Below, piece by piece: positions 62,580 to 64,000 of a stretch of 64,000 nucleotides of DNA. The stretch comes from Octopus sinensis. Its lineage: Eukaryota. The position numbers were made by a program, and so were the translations under genes. The stretch is from NCBI RefSeq assembly GCF_006345805.1, contig NC_043001.1, positions 21,824,001 to 21,888,000 on the forward strand, in the 5' to 3' direction. Position 1 is the first letter of the stretch, and the number at the start of each line of letters is the position of its first letter. The notes under the pieces were generated by a model, which was given only the letters and a program-made list of their open reading frames with translations, ran no database searches and had not been told where the DNA came from.

Positions 62580-62583
<4 letters not shown>
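61841..62583 (+). mobile_element. RTE LINE 3' end: ORF2 C-terminus, 3'UTR with internal tandem units, (GAT)n tail
   Basis: QERRLRWYGHV...RGRPRKTWDEVVKYDL, stop at 62101-62103. UTR ends AGGAAAGACATCCAGCTGTAGAAA...(GAT)n. Confidence 0.9.
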
Positions 62584-62616
<33 letters not shown>

Positions 62617-64000
62617 GGCCTGGCTGTATGGTTGAGAAGCTTGTTTCCCAACCATGTGGTCTTAGGTTCAGCCCTTCTGCATGGTACCTTGGGCAAGTGT
62701 CTTTTACAATATCTACAAACTAAGCAAAGCCTTGAGAGTGGATTTGGTAGACAGAAATTGAAAGAAACCTGCCATGTGTATGTATATGTATGTATGTATA
62801 AGTGCTTATACATATGTATATATGTATGTATAAGTGAGTGTATATATGCATTTGTGTGGACCCTTATCTAGACATCATGTGAAGGTTGTAAAGGAGCATC
62901 ATTGTCATACAAACAAGGTTCTTTATTTCCAGTTTTCCATGATTAGCTATGAGAAAATATTACCTTACTTGGAAACAAGTGAGGGTTAGTGACAGGAAGG
63001 GCATCCAGTCAGAGAATATCTGCCTCAACAAATGTCATCTGACCCATGCAGGCATGGAAAAGTGGATGTGAAATGATTACCACATTTTAGTACAAGTCGT
63101 ATATTTAACCAATAAACAGCACTGCCATGGGATTACAGTGACCTCGATAAAGCAAAGCAACAGACCAACCATGGACACTGTATTATGTAGTCGAAGACTT
63201 AAGATGTCTTCAGCAGGCATGGCAACTCGTAGAAAGCCAACCAACTTTCAATAAAACCAATTCCATAGCGTTTCGTAATAACAATCAAGACCACTTTATT
63301 GATTTTGTAAGAAAGTTGGAGAAATTTGACAACAAATGAAGTGAAATTATAACGGAGACTGTAATGAATTTTGGTATTAATTTTTGAGATCTAGAAACAT
63401 ATTGTTGCCCCATAGACACCTACAGAATCTTCACCCTGTCCATACTGAATGTAATGGGTACAATTGGGATAACATACAATTATTGTGCCCAACCCATGCT
63501 AGCATGGAAAGCGGACGCTAAACGATGATGATGATATTCCTTTGTTCTATGCATTTTATTTATTACAATAAACAAAATATAAGAATATTATATAACATAT
63601 AAGTATAAATATATATATCATCATCATCATTGTTTAACATCGGTTTTCCGTGCTAGCGCGGGTTGGACGGACACGGGTCGGACAGATATATATCTATATT
63701 CAGAGTGAGAGAAAGAGAGAGACACACACACACACATAAACACACATAGACAGCCATGAATTCTTATCAAGTGCTGCATAAAGAATATGCCAAGATTTTA
63801 CAAAAGCCAAACTTCCATGCTTATGTACACACACATATACATATAGATATATACAAATATATGTGTGTGTCTATATATCATTACTGAACAGCTGTTTTTC
63901 ATACTGGCATGGGTTGGACAGTTAGATAGAATTGGCGAGCCATAGGGCCATACTGTGCTCCATGTCAGCTTTAGCATGGTTTTTACAACTGGATGCCCTT

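Overview
Eukaryotic, AT-rich and repeat-dense genomic DNA. The SINE and microsatellite content and the gene architecture point to a coleoid cephalopod, most likely Octopus (inference). One host gene dominates: a minus-strand ADAR1-type double-stranded RNA adenosine deaminase. Eight coding exons can be spliced by hand with GT-AG boundaries and matching phases: 38245-40496, 18769-18913, 16676-16859, 14828-14921, 11880-12035, 9936-10042, 3282-3464 and 841-1081. Together they give 3362 nt (1120 codons + 2 nt). They encode an intact Z-alpha domain, a Tyr/Asn/Gln/Ser-rich linker, a second degenerate winged helix, a long Ser-rich region with an SKQ repeat array, a single dsRBD split by a 19.3 kb intron, and a deaminase domain with HAE, PCGD and SCSDK motifs. 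The last exon(s) lie beyond the left edge of the window. The start codon must lie in an upstream exon; candidates are 48346-48396, 46374-46399 and 48768-48872. Introns and upstream DNA are filled with tRNA-derived SINEs, truncated RTE, CR1-like and Penelope retroelements, mariner and maT remnants, TTAA-flanked MITEs, non-autonomous Helitrons and (AT)n/(AC)n arrays. The most interesting leads are inferential: a frame-switching 5' micro-exon, an in-frame cryptic exon that would remove the deaminase, inverted repeat pairs bracketing deaminase exons, several perfect hairpins, and tandem hammerhead-like motifs with a non-canonical core. No prokaryotic features (CRISPR arrays, rRNA, true tRNA genes) were seen. 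All coordinates were read by eye; repeat boundaries are approximate.
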